Assembly: GCA_965644295.1 (NCBI GenBank)
Contig: CBFFRP010000454.1
Location: forward strand, 14,394 to 78,393
Source of the DNA: Paraphysomonas bandaiensis
Taxonomy: Eukaryota > Protista > Chrysophyceae
Direction: 5' to 3'
Length of the DNA stretch: 64,000 nt
Position numbers and translations under genes: made by a program. The notes under the pieces were generated by a model. That model was not told the DNA's origin. It saw only the letters and a program-made list of their open reading frames with translations, and ran no database searches. Below are positions 36,840-50,014 of this stretch, piece after piece (position 1 is the stretch's first letter; each line of letters starts with the position of its first letter).

Positions 36840-38108
36840 ATGACCACCTCTCTTTCTTCCACTCAACACACACTATTTGTTTTCCTTGGATTACCCTCCT
36901 GGGCACTCGTTGATGTCACCTGGTCCCTCTTATCACAGTTAGCCTCTCATCTACCAGAGAGCTATGCCATATCAGTATTTCTTGTACTTGCTCTCACTAT
37001 AGGGAACACAATACCCCTCTTGTCGAATACATTTCTTAAAGCTGCATCACAAAATCAAGTTCGTGCTGTTATTTACGGAATCTTATCAACTGGATTTACG
37101 TGTGGTGTTCTCATATCATTATTTTGGCATCAAACTATTCCTATTGGATCGCACCGTTACTCTCTTATCTTTTACGCACTATTCTTTATTGCTGGTGCTT
37201 GTTCGTCTACTTCCAATGTTACACACTATATGTATGTTGCCAAGTATTCCAGCACAGAGACGACTGCGCTCTCTACCGGCATGGCATTAGGCTCTATGAC
37301 TGCTGGGATTCTGGGTATATCGCAAGGACTTTTTCTTTGTAGCGTAGGAATGTCTATTACCCACGTGTATATAACAGTTGCGCTTTTGTATCTGCCAGCC
37401 ATATTTTCACTGAATTTAATGCACGCGCCGACTGATAATGGCTTAGAATCTCCGGACAGCCCACTTCTCTCTGACCACGTGGGCCTGTCCCATGCTAGTC
37501 CGACTCATGGAGACGACAAGCTTATAATGGATAGCGCTTGTACTGTAGTACGCCGAGGTATAATTGCGTCTGTTGATAGTCAATCACAACGGAGTGAGAG
37601 TATATGGGGCCATCACTCCACTCTGCTATATGTCCAAGCTGGGAATTCTTTCCTTGGATATGGGGTGGTTCCGTCCCTTATCTCCCCAGTGTGTTCACGG
37701 TTTTCGTCCCCGTATACGGTCCTCTTATTGGCAACTGGTCTGCTTTGCGCCTTGGATCCGGCCTGTCGAGCTCTTACAGCACTTCGCCCCCTCCGTACTC
37801 AACGACAGGTATTTTACGCCTCAGCGATACTTGCCAGTTTGGCCATGTGTCTGATAATTACTCTCGCTTTTCCTTCGTCGGCTCCACCCCTCTCATCCCC
37901 CTATGGAGGGGCTCTTCCAGTGCTTCTATATGTGTCGTTTGGTGTTGGATTCGGTTTCACTAATACCTCCGTCTTTATCCTTCTGAAATCTCTAGTCCCT
38001 CCTGACGAGGTGCAGGATGCCTACAGATGGACAGGAATTGTGTCTCAGACAGGAGCAATGATGGGGTCTTTTCTTAGTTTCATTCTTGTCATTAGTGGAT
38101 GTATATAG
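36840..38108 (+). CDS. SLC52-like riboflavin transporter (RFVT family), intronless multi-pass membrane protein
   Basis: FVFLGLPSWALVDVTWSLLSQLASHLPESYAISVFLVLALTIGNTIPL matches the SLC52 N-terminus (GxxSW...LPEgW.lpsyl...aN.gP). It also has ACSSTSNVTHY, GMALG, GVVPSL and C-terminal Q.GAM.GS. Confidence 0.8.
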   Translation: MTTSLSSTQHTLFVFLGLPSWALVDVTWSLLSQLASHLPESYAISVFLVLALTIGNTIPLLSNTFLKAASQNQVRAVIYGILSTGFTCGVLISLFWHQTIPIGSHRYSLIFYALFFIAGACSSTSNVTHYMYVAKYSSTETTALSTGMALGSMTAGILGISQGLFLCSVGMSITHVYITVALLYLPAIFSLNLMHAPTDNGLESPDSPLLSDHVGLSHASPTHGDDKLIMDSACTVVRRGIIASVDSQSQRSESIWGHHSTLLYVQAGNSFLGYGVVPSLISPVCSRFSSPYTVLLLATGLLCALDPACRALTALRPLRTQRQVFYASAILASLAMCLIITLAFPSSAPPLSSPYGGALPVLLYVSFGVGFGFTNTSVFILLKSLVPPDEVQDAYRWTGIVSQTGAMMGSFLSFILVISGCI

Positions 38109-38587
38109 GTTTTAGCTTGCTTTTTTGTTTTCATAGAGTTATTCTTCGAGTTTGTATTTACTGCACATATTCGTGTGCCAACAGTCATTTGATGATTGCT
38201 GCATATATGTTATTTTCGAATCTTACTTTAGCCGAATAGTTTGTTTCAACTTTTAACAACCAGCTTACTATTATTAGCATTACCCTTCTTGTTGGACGGT
38301 GATCAATGAATACAGAGCACCATATGATGCAATACACAATGCACATGATAAAGAAGACCGGATTTATTTTATTTTAGGAGCAGATGAAAATTACAATAGC
38401 GATTGCGACTGTTAAAATGCACTTTGCAGCATGAAATATGCTAACGAAAGCCAAATATATAAAATATAAATATATTGTGAAGTCCTAGACTTAACAATGT
38501 TACTAAGGTCAACAATTTAGCAGGTTTAGTCAATGTCAAAGCAATACTTGAGTACTTGACGTGTTGAGTATTGAAGGTACTATAAAT

Positions 38588-38682
38588 TAGGGCCTGCTAA
38601 CCGTTAGTAGCCATATAATGGGTGCTCAGTTCCCCACAACTATAATGACATTATCATTAACGGCCCATTAATAGTTGACCTG
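38588..38682. mobile_element. Degenerate copy of the CAGGGCCTGGTAAC MITE
   Basis: tagggcctgctaaccg...cagttccccacaactataatgacattatcattaac...cccattaat shares blocks with 57344-57469 and 15905-15971. Confidence 0.55.
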
Positions 38683-39593
38683 AACGAGAGACTGACAGAA
38701 GTAGAAGAAACAACATAGAAATGTAATAATTGGGGTAGCATTTCAAGCATGTCTGGTGTATGTGCTTGCTCGGTACTTTTTCATTGAGTTTGTTAGTACT
38801 GCTTTAGCATGAAGATAGCTATACTGACAATGAATTACCTGTATAGCTTCTAATTCATATTGTATGCTCAACTTACCGACGTGGGCTGGAAGATCATAAT
38901 GCCCACGATTGCATCCATGTAAATTATATGTAAATCATTAGTTTGGTACCCTGCTATGCAGCACAGCTAAGTGTATGACCTACTCGTAGCATCGCTCTAA
39001 TAAACGTCGTCGATATTTAATCGCCTTCAACAGTTACCCACTTCTATGACATACATACTGTATCAAGATGCATTCCACTCACAGCTTGGCGATTGTCAAC
39101 ATTCGAGGCTATTACATCCCATTTGTCTCATTTGGGTGCATAAATAGCTTGTATGAGAATAGCCTGTATGAGGTTATTCGTTGTTTGGAGGGGGCTGTGG
39201 ATGATGTCACTGGCGTCCATATCAGCATCAATAATGTTTCTACACATAACGGCATTGAATCCAATCATGTATGTGTAAATGAATACTATTGGCTATTAAA
39301 GGATTAATTATACAGTCTGTATACAGCAGTAGTGGAGTCTTCACTTTTCCAGTCCACGCCCTCTCCGGAATGTACGTACACTCCATGGTCGGTTCTTGTG
39401 GTTGTGCGGCACTTCTATATATCGTCAATCACCCCTCTATATACACCGCATATACATACCTCCATCTATATATATATATGTATACACTCGGCAGTCAATC
39501 ATCTCCATACATAAGACTGTATTGAATTCATTCATCATTCAACCACATACTTGAACAACTTATAAATTGTATTTGAAAGTCATTAATAAGAAC

Positions 39594-41087
39594 ATGAGTG
39601 ACGTAGATAGAGATGATGAGAGGGGTCAGGGAGAGAAGAAGAAAGATGCTTCAGAGGATCGTCATAAGAGTCATAATCTGAAACAAACACATCTAGCTGT
39701 ACAAGATTTGGCAACATTAGATCCTACAAGATTAACAGCATTGACACCTGAAATTATATCTCGTCAAGCCACTATTAATATAGGGACTATTGGACATGTG
39801 GCTCATGGAAAATCCACTGTTGTGAAAGCCATATCTGGCGTGCAGACAGTTCGATTCAAGAATGAATTGATTCGAAATATTACAATTAAATTAGGTTATG
39901 CGAATGCAAAGATATATCGCTCTGATGCACCATCAGATGAATATGGATTGTATAGATCGAAGGGAAGCTCAACCGCTGATGTTTTTACCGAAGATGGTAA
40001 GACATGGAGTGTTCAGCGACATGTTTCATTCGTAGATTGCCCCGGGCACGATATATTAATGGCTACCATGCTTAACGGTGCTGCTGTTATGGACGCCGCG
40101 CTTTTGTTAATAGCCGGAAATGAGACTTGCCCCCAACCTCAGACATCTGAGCACTTAGCTGCCGTGGAAATCATGAAATTGCCGCACATTATTATTCTTC
40201 AAAATAAGGTAGATCTGGTAAAACAAGAGCAGGCAGAGGCTCAGCATGAACAGATCAAGAAGTTTGTTGCGGGAACTGTTGCTGGTAATGCGCCGGTGAT
40301 ACCAATCTCGGCTGTGTTGCGTTACAACATCGACATGGTGTGTGAGTACATTGCTCGATACATACCTGTACCTTCCAGAAACTTTATTGGTTTGCCCCGG
40401 TTGATTGTCATTCGATCTTTTGATGTGAATAAACCCGGAGAGGATGTCCAGTCTCTTAAGGGAGGTGTAGCGGGTGGCTCTATCCTTCAGGGCATTCTTA
40501 GAGTTGGAGACGAGATTGAGGTTCGTCCTGGAATCGTCGCCAAAGATACCGACGGCAACATGAAATGCACTCCTATCTACAGTCGCATTATGTCTCTTTA
40601 TGCTGAACAAAATGACCTCCAGTATGCTGTTCCCGGTGGTCTTATTGGCGTGGGAACCAAGATTGACCCAACACTTACCCGTGCTGATCGACTCGTTGGA
40701 CAGGTACTCGGCCTTCGTGACCACCTCCCTGATGTGTTCACCGAGGTTGAGATTTCATTCTACCTCCTTCGTCGCCTTTTGGGTGTCAAAACTACCGAGG
40801 GAACGAAGCAAGCTAAGGTTCAGAAACTCAGTAAGGGCGAAGTTCTTATGGTTAACATTGGATCAACTGCCACTGGCGGAAAGGTCGTTAAAGTTCTCGA
40901 GGGACCGAGTGGCGAACCTGTTGCACGTATTGTCCTTACCCAGCCCGTGTGTACTCAGGAGGGGGAGAAGATAGCTCTCAGTCGACGTGTTGACAAGCAC
41001 TGGAGACTCATTGGGTGGGGTGAGATCAGAAAGGGAGTTAAAATTGAAATGGGTGAGGCTGTTAGAATAACCCCCGAAGAAGGATAA
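39594..41087 (+). CDS. EIF2S3: Eukaryotic translation initiation factor 2 subunit gamma, intronless
   Basis: [69 protein letters not shown]. Confidence 0.98.
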   Translation: MSDVDRDDERGQGEKKKDASEDRHKSHNLKQTHLAVQDLATLDPTRLTALTPEIISRQATINIGTIGHVAHGKSTVVKAISGVQTVRFKNELIRNITIKLGYANAKIYRSDAPSDEYGLYRSKGSSTADVFTEDGKTWSVQRHVSFVDCPGHDILMATMLNGAAVMDAALLLIAGNETCPQPQTSEHLAAVEIMKLPHIIILQNKVDLVKQEQAEAQHEQIKKFVAGTVAGNAPVIPISAVLRYNIDMVCEYIARYIPVPSRNFIGLPRLIVIRSFDVNKPGEDVQSLKGGVAGGSILQGILRVGDEIEVRPGIVAKDTDGNMKCTPIYSRIMSLYAEQNDLQYAVPGGLIGVGTKIDPTLTRADRLVGQVLGLRDHLPDVFTEVEISFYLLRRLLGVKTTEGTKQAKVQKLSKGEVLMVNIGSTATGGKVVKVLEGPSGEPVARIVLTQPVCTQEGEKIALSRRVDKHWRLIGWGEIRKGVKIEMGEAVRITPEEG

Positions 41088-42533
41088 GCATCATAGGAGA
41101 TGGTTCGTAACTCACTTGGTTCCTGAAATACACAGGCAAGATATGAGCAGTTCTTGGGTTTTTGAATGATATTCAATTTAGTTCCAGTCTGTAGTCGGTA
41201 TTACCTGTCACCTCGTTAAAGAGTTTTGTTATAATAACAGAGACTTTATTCATTTGAATTTCTAGCTATGGTACACACGGGTATATCCGATTCATTTATT
41301 GTTAGTGCTGCTGCCCACACGAATACTAGAGCTAATAGTAATGCCACAGTATGATATTATTAAAAAATATTTCAAAATGAACCTACGCACTAAGCACTAT
41401 TGTAGCTCTCCTATTACACCGTACATGATAAAGTACACATGTCGTCCCACTATGCAGTGTAGCAATTATTAAGTGGCAAGAGGATTGATGATGACATTTT
41501 GATTTAGTCAGTCTAGCGTTATTAATACTTCATTTTGAACACACAGCACTACGTAAAATGTAAAATATATTCGACACTTTCCATCACAATTTTAGTGTAT
41601 ATCTACCTATCAGAAGTTGAAATAATATTAATTAATGAATATCAACATTATTTAGGAAAATCTTGCATGATTTACAAAAAACGTTTTGTGTAAATGTACA
41701 TGAGGTACATACATATAAGCTCCAAACTGCACAATAGTATATACGAGAATTTTTATGATTTCTACATCACAAAATGGGATCATATAATACTTTATATGTA
41801 TGGTGGAAAGTGAAAAGCGAGCGGCTCATCGCGACAGACATCCAGCCATATGTATAGAGGAAGCGTGAACACTCAAAGCAGATGTATACAGTGTGCTGAT
41901 ATAGATGGGAGTTATAGAAGGGTCATGAGATGAATATATTCAATAGAAACACTGTGATATCTTTATATATCTACCTATAATTCTATCCGATCATATCAGA
42001 GTGCTGTGCACTCACTTTAGTTGTCTATCTATCGAGATGATAGTCTCAAAGAAATCAATCATCACCCATATCGCTTGGATAGTGAATATCTTCCAGGAAG
42101 TTTCATATAGTCATATGATCAGCCATTCTGACGAGATTAGGGATATAGTGCTGCCACTGTACCAGATACTGTGTGCTGTTGTAGATGTACTCGTAGAATA
42201 TACATACCCTCAAGTAGACGAGTACTACTGTAGTGCTATACCGTATACACATAAAGCAATACAGATGGTATGGAGCGACCATAGCATGTATCGGTATATA
42301 CAGCACAGTATATAGCAAAATACAGCATTCAAACCAAAAAAAAAAAAAACTCAAAGAGACGTTTCAGTTTCACTTGACTTCGACTTCATTTGAGAGTATG
42401 TGAATTTCTCTCTCCACATACATATACATACAGGCTCATGTAATGTATGGAGAGTGCTGTTAACACACATGTCCTCAATGGATATATATATTACTATACT
42501 TAGTTAGAGTCACTGTATTAACCCTCAGTGATA

Positions 42534-45500
42534 ATGACTGATGCCGCTGTGGGATCGATTAGCCATATCCTACAGACGGCTTTCAAGGAAGATTATGAAG
42601 AAAGGAATAAAATTAATGAATCCAAAGCACGTAAACTCGCAATAGAAGAGCGTAGAAAAGAAAGAGAACGTAAACGTCAATTAGCTGAAGAACGAAAGAA
42701 AGAGGAGGAAGAAAGACTTGCTGCAGAAGCAACAGCATCAAAGAAAGGTGCAAAGAAACCGGAGACATCTGCAGAGCCCTCTCAAGATGAGGATGATGAG
42801 CCTGAGGAGGAAGAGTTAGATGAGGGGGAGCTATATGAGAACCCTGTAGATAAGATACCACTGAGTGAACATCACCGATCCTTACTCGAGGGTAGAGTAG
42901 AACGGATTCAAAGTGAAATAGAAGAGAATAGCAAAGATGCGGAGCGTCTAGTGACTTATCTCAAACAGCAGCGTGAGATTGCCAAACAATTGGAAATCGA
43001 GGAAGAAGAAAACTTAAAGAAACAGGGAATCATGATAGGACAGCATATACCATCGTTAGTTTCTCAATTAGATGTTGATCCGAATGTCGTGAACGGTTTC
43101 GGGAAGATAGGTGCAAATTTAGTGATATCTCGAGAGCTGCTAGGTCAGAATAAAGAAAGAAATCTTAGAAGAACTGGCAACCTACCAATCTCTGATGAGG
43201 CAGAATTGCGTAAGACACAACGGAAACAGTATAAGGATACTGAAGTCGAGGATGTGCCCCACTACCTGCAGCATACAGGTGCCTTCAAAGAACGCAGTAA
43301 TATTACGGCCGCGAGGTTTTCTTCCACTCTGCAGGAACACAAAACCCACAGAGAGACTATAGCATTAGAACACACCGCTAAAGGAGTAGACATAAAAAAA
43401 ATTCCGAAGCGTGACTGGGGACAAAGTGCGATTGAACGTGATCAGGATCAAGCCGTTTTGAAGTCTATTAACCACCGGCTGAATTATCTCAGGAATCCAA
43501 GGAACAACCCTTCAGCTGTGACGAAGACTCTGGTTGCGCCCTCTATAGGGACCCACAGACCGGGAGGAAGTGTCAAGAGTGGAAGATCTCAACACAGCTC
43601 TGGTGTATCGGTCGATTCTTCTGTGCCACCGCCTCCACCTGCTCCGCGTTCAACGAACAAATCGGTCATTCAATCTGGTCGATCCGGACATAAAACCAAG
43701 CGCGGGATAGGATCCAGCACTACTGCCGTCGCAGGCAATGCTCTTTTTGTCACAGAGCCAAGCTGTGTGCTATTTGACTCTTATGATGTAGGAGAGAAGT
43801 ATGTTCAGAGTGTCGCATTCCGTAACATATCTTCTGTCTGTCGTACGCTTAGAGTGATTCCTCCCAGGACTGTTAGCTTCAGTATGTCGCCTTTGCGGTT
43901 TCCTGCAAATAGCAAAGGTGGCGTAGTAGCTCCTGGTATGTGTGTTACCTCGGATGTGACTTTTTACCCTAAGTCTCTAGCGGATTACACGGATAGTATT
44001 CATGTGGAAACAGAGGGTGGAGATTACAGCGTGCAGCTACTGGGGCGTAGAGACCCGCCAGTACTTAATCTTCCCTCTCTTCTTGATGTAGGCGCTTGCC
44101 TTGTTGGTGACGCCCTTAGAATATCCGTTCCTTGTGGAAACTCAGGTGGAGCAGGAAAATTCAAGGTTCTTCGTAGTGATTGGTACCCAGAAATTCCTGA
44201 TGATGTGGACTATACGGGCTGTGTGCGGAGTGCCCCTTTCACCGTCTACCCTATCGAATTTTCCCTGGAACGGCGCGATTCGATCGACCTCACAATTGAG
44301 TTTGTACCTTTAGATATCGGTCAATTTCAGCGGAACTTTGTGTTTTTGGGTGACAATGAGCAGTACATTACTGTAACCCTTCAGGGCGAGGGGAGACAAG
44401 TTGAGTGTGCCGTAACTGAGATCAACTCCATAACTGTCCCAGCCATTGACCCGACTATTTTGAAAGACTTACACTTTGCGAACTGTCCAATTGGTTCAGA
44501 TCATGAGCAGGAAATTACTGTTTCTAATACAAGTGGTTTACCTATTGAGTATGAGTGGGTGTGGGTAGAATCACGCACGAAAGACATTAGAATGGCTTCA
44601 CTAGGCAAACTCATGATAAAGGAGGAACAGCTAGAGGATGATAGAGAACGAAGAGAGCGGTTAAAAGCAGAGGCGGCCGCGGCAGATGCTAGGCGCCTCA
44701 GTATTGATAGCAAGCGTTCAGGTCAGCGCACAGGTAATAAAACGGCTGGTGGACAAAGTCTGTATAATAGAGGTGATACAGATATGATGAAGTCTACGGG
44801 TTTATCTGTGGAGCACGGCTTCGAGGAGTCCGCTGTTATGAAAGGCTTCGGTATTATGCCTCGGCGAGGAGTACTCCCAGCATATGGATCTTCCCCTTTT
44901 GTTGTGAAGTACACGGCATCTAACGTGGGCTTGGATTCGGCACGTGCTGTTCTTGTTCTTCGTGATGTCACGGAGTCTAGCATGCCAGGGAAGTCCCAAA
45001 GCACCTCAATTGTACATCTTTTGGATATGGCACACGGACCCTACCACCGCTTACAAAGCTGGCTAGATGAGATTGGGGTAGAAGTTCCTTCCGCTAGTTT
45101 AAAACATGAGCATGACGATCTATTCATGCGCGGTTTGCGGCCACATAATGTCCCTTCCAACAGAATAAGCATGGACACATTAATGTCGATAGCTAGGAAT
45201 CACGCTTCAGTGGAGGGATTGCAGTCATCGCTATCAAAGTTTAGATTTACTGTTGGTCGCTTGTTAAGTAAAGCGCGTCGTTGGATTCACAGGACCACTG
45301 AAACAGATGTGCCGGATGATGATTCTGTGATTGGTGCGGACTTGATGGAGCAAGAAGAGCCAGACAACGAAAGTGTTGTACTGGACGATGCATTTGCGAT
45401 GGCCACTATTCAGCACTGGGATGCAAATGACGACTCACTGGCAGCTACATTCCCAATGTTTAAAGTAGAAATCCCCAGAGATTTTGAGTCTCACATGGTT

Positions 45501-48500
45501 AGTAGCCGAAAGTATATCAATCCTGATTCGGACGAGGCAAAATCTATCAGCAAGGTGTTGTGGATCAATAATATTAGTGCATTCAGCGTTCTTGGATCAG
45601 GGTTATGCACTCTATTAAACGAAAAGGTAAAGCATGAGGCTGTTGATTTCATTCAGAGATGCTCCCGAATTAATCTACCAGCGCTCAATATGAATGTGAC
45701 TGGTGTCGGAGTTTTGCCTACTTTTCACTTAACCCCACCAAAACTTATTGTGGGTGGAGCAGTCAGTGTTGGAAAGGAATGGACGGGTACTGTTACACTG
45801 CATAACACCAGTCATATTTTGAACGAAGTTTCGATTGATACATCAGCAGCTGTAATCCCTCGAATCGGGAACAAGGAGAATGCAACTATCACGGTCTCCA
45901 ACTCGCACATCATTCTCCTTCCTGGAAGTACTGAAACAATCAATGTAACAGTTGTAGTGAACGAAGTAGGCGACTTTGACATCACACTCCCCGTTATCCC
46001 TAAGAGTGAATTTCTAGAAGTGAATGACATAATCATTTCGATCCATACTGTGGGTCCGAAAATACGATTTGAGGCGCCAGAAGTTAATATCGGTCTTGTT
46101 AGTACAGGCGTAGAGACACAGTCTGTGGTGTCTTTCACCAATGATACAGACATCCCCTTGATTTACAATTTATCGTGCTCTGTTGATGCATTGCTCAGTG
46201 CATTAAGTACAAACCGTCGCAATGAAAGGCGTGAGTCAAAATTTGCAACGCCTCCACGAATTCCATCGACACCCAACGAAGATGTACAGTCGGTAGCACA
46301 TTCTGCGAGATCGACGAGGTCTCAATTGACTGAGGCATCGACTGATAGTTATGCAATTGAAAATCCAACAGCAGTATTTTCATTTATGCCTCCTAGTGGG
46401 GAATTAGGGCCAGGAGAGACTTGCCATACGACTCTACGTTGTGTGGCTGGTAAATTTCCCCAACGTGTGCGGGGTGTCATCGAGTGCAAGGTCACTGATA
46501 TTAATGGCGTGTGTAACCTTCCGTCGCAATACATCAGCGTGAGAGGAGAAGTTCAATCACCGTTGACGATATTAACTCCTTCGCTAGTGGATGTTGGAAA
46601 TGCTTACATCAATACTCCTATAAAATTCGAAATAACTCTTAAGAATTTGACGAGTCTAGGTAGTAAATTTAAATTTGAGCGACCCGGTGGTGACTCAGCT
46701 TCCTACAAGTTGCAGTTTTCAGAGAAAAGTGGCGATCTTCAAGGCCAGGAGAAGCGAGTTATTACTGTCACATTCACTGCCCTTGTGTCTGGCGTCACAG
46801 ATGATGTCATTGGGTGCAAAATATTCGGTTCACCGAACCCTATCGGGTTTCAGTTAAAAGGAATCGCGAAGGGTATTCACGTTGATTTCGTGCCTCTTGA
46901 AGAAGGTGAGGAACCGCCGTTACCACTTGCAGACCCAACAGAGCCTCAGTACCCTGGGCCGGGTTCTGTTCCTGACCCAGCGCCTCTTCGACCGCTTGAA
47001 TTCGGGTCTGAAGTGGAACTGTACGAAAGGAGGATCAGGCAGTTCGCTATTCGGAACTTATCAGCTGTGAGCGCTTTTTTTGATATCCGCCCGAGGAAGT
47101 ATGAAGTCGGTGAAGTGTTTAATGATGATGACAGTCTGACATCCTCGTTAGCTGAGCCGCCTGCAGTAGGAAAAGGACTTCTTGTGCCGAACGAAGATGG
47201 TGAGGCAAGATATCAGTCCGAGGCGGGAAAGAAGTACATTGGAGCTATGATGAAGCGTCGTCAGGATAAGCACTACTTGACCCTTGGCCTGGGTGCGTCA
47301 TATGCTGTAGAACCAAAGACCGGAGTCGTTCCGCCATGGGGAGTTGTAGTGGTTACTGTCTTGAGTCGTAACGACATGCCTGGGTGTTTTGATGATGAAC
47401 TGGTGTGCGACTTCAGAGACCATAGAAAAATGTTTCTGCCGATGAAAATGAATGTTTTGGGATGTCCGCTTGTTATCGAAAGGGACTCGTATGGAATGTC
47501 ATCCTTCACACCCCCTGAAGGTCGTACTGAGGAATCGAGTGGTCTATTATTACAAATGGGCTATTCTGCGGTTAATTCTGAACCAATTGTACGAGATTTC
47601 AGGGTTCGAAACAACGGATCATCTCCGGCTACGATCAAGTGGAAGTTACGATCTGTGTCGTCAAGAGTTAATGGCCCATTGAAAGTCGAACTGAGACTGC
47701 AGAAGACAGGAGTAAAAACCCATTTGCTCTTCTGGGATGATGTTGCCAAGGATTCGCCGTTCGATGTGGACCCAAAAGTTACGGTAATTCCAGCGTATGG
47801 ACGAAGAAATTTTAAAGTTAAACTTTTGAGAACGAATGTAGTAGGGAATGAACTAGCCTTGTTGTCAGGTGCTATCTCGTTCGACTCAAGTCCGTCAGAT
47901 ATGTCTGTGCCTCCAACCAGAGAGAGTATATCTGGAGGAGGAAGTAGACCTGGAGAAGCGGCCGCACCAGAGAGCAAGCAGTCGATGGTGGAGTCGTCGT
48001 CCGCAGCTAGCGTTGTATCGCAGGCGGCTAAATCGGCGGTTGCACGGGTTAGTTATAATATCTCTCTTCATCTCAAGGGCAGTCTAATGCAGCCAGAGAT
48101 TAGACTAGATAAAAATATATTGGTTACCACGAAGGATCGAGTGACTCATGTTCCATCTAGCCTTGGGATCGTTCTTAAAACAGATGCACCTAGTCTATTT
48201 GCAAAAGGTGCACGTCCATCAGATGTCTGCAAGCGTGTTATTGCACTCATGAATCCAATTCCGGCCACTCTGGCTTTCAGTGTTTCCGTGGAAGGTCCAT
48301 TTACCGTAAAGCTTTTATCCGATGAAAACAAGCAGCGTCCGAAATCACCGTCCTCCGTACATACTTCGAATACGTTGTCCTCTAGGCTTTCGAAGGGACA
48401 AAGCAGTACTGCTGGTGGTTCATCTGTTGGTGGAACTTGCCTACTTCTCTCTCAGGCTTCTGTGCGGTTTGTTGTAGCTTTTACACCAAGGAGGGAGCTC

Positions 48501-49279
48501 CGCAATACTCTGCAGAACAATAAATCTACCCTTGGTCTGGGGGATAAGGCTGCCGATGGTGAAAAGGGTACACTTATAGTATCATTCTCGACTGGACAGC
48601 AGCTTCATGTGCCGATTACTGTCACGCTCTCTACGCCGTTTATATCTGCGTCTTCTCCCAGACTTCATTTTGGTGTATGTCACACTACTCGCCACTGTGA
48701 TGGTATACTTCTTCTATCGTCGTCCACTGATGTTATCGCGAGATGGAGTGTGGAGCACGTTCCAGGGGCTGGGGGCAGTCGAAAAGTTTCTTCTATCCGA
48801 GTGAAAGGATTTGAATCGCTCGGACAACAAGAGGATGACCCATCTGTCTTCACCATTACTCCTGGGTCTGGAGAGCTACAGGGGCCCACAGTATCGCCAA
48901 CTGCTGCCACATACTGTCCTCCTAAAGATGTCAATAGAAGGTATACTGAAAAATATGCCACTCTTGTGTGTTATAATTTTGTGTTTTTAGTCAAAGCATC
49001 GCTGTTATCGAGCAAAGACCTATGGCAACGTCATGGGCCACCTCCACTCTGACGCTACAGGACTCTCTTGTGGAAAGACACCAATCATCAAAGAAGAATG
49101 CTATTGATGCTCGTTATCCCATTCCGATAAATATCAAGTTCAAGCCGAGTCGAAATGTGCGATACAGTTCTAGATTCAGATTTACTTGTGAGTATGGGAA
49201 CACTTTTGATGTGTTGTTGGAAGGGGAGGGAACTTTTGAGGAGCACGAACACAGACCATTGAATCCGGTCCCGAGATGA
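42534..49279 (+). CDS. DLEC1: DLEC1/FAP81-like ciliary central-apparatus protein (tandem ASH/PapD-like domains)
   Basis: RLNYLRNPR and GVVAPGMCVTSDVTFYPKSLADYTDSIHVETE...RRDPPVLNLPSLLDVGACLVG match DLEC1. One intron (48941-48990); C-terminal FKPSRNVRYSSRFRF...LEGEGTFEE. Confidence 0.88.
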
Positions 49280-50014
49280 TTACATGATGTCCAAAATTAG
49301 TTTGAAGTGCCTATCTCATTTGGTATAATTGAATGTTTTCTCTTAGTAGTGGTGACTGACTGTATTCCCTTGTGCTTGTTTCTACCGTAGATGAATAATT
49401 TGTTGAAATCTAATTATTGCTTATTATAAACTGTATAAGATATGTGAAATCAGTGGAATGTGTACAATATTGAACGCAATGTGAATGGTGTAACTGATGA
49501 GTGGGAATATACGTATTAAATCAGGATGTTAAAGCAATCCAAAGCTTCATATTGAATATTAGAGATGTGAGCAAACCGATATGAAAGAGATGACTTTATT
49601 CCGTCTCCTAGAATTTATGTAGTGATGAAATTTGATTTAGTACTTTTCAGACCAGCTAATTTTATACTTTCGTTGATGACGTTGAAGAATTTTTATTCAT
49701 CAGTAAAATAATGATCTACTATGTAGTAAATAGTAAACATGACTGCTGATACACTTGAGATGTCATATAAAACTAAATATTTTATACTTTATACTTCGAT
49801 TCCACAGAAGTCAAGGGTAGAAAAAAGGATCTGTGTTGATTTTGGTATTCATATTTTAAATTATCAAACCGATTTGGAGCTACCAAAAACATAAATTTAA
49901 TATCATAGCAACTTCAGATATCATCCTGTCTATCTACAGCAACTGAACAACTCCATGGAGTAAAATATCATCACATTTCCAACATTGCATATTTGGCCAA
50001 TTTAATACAGCTAC

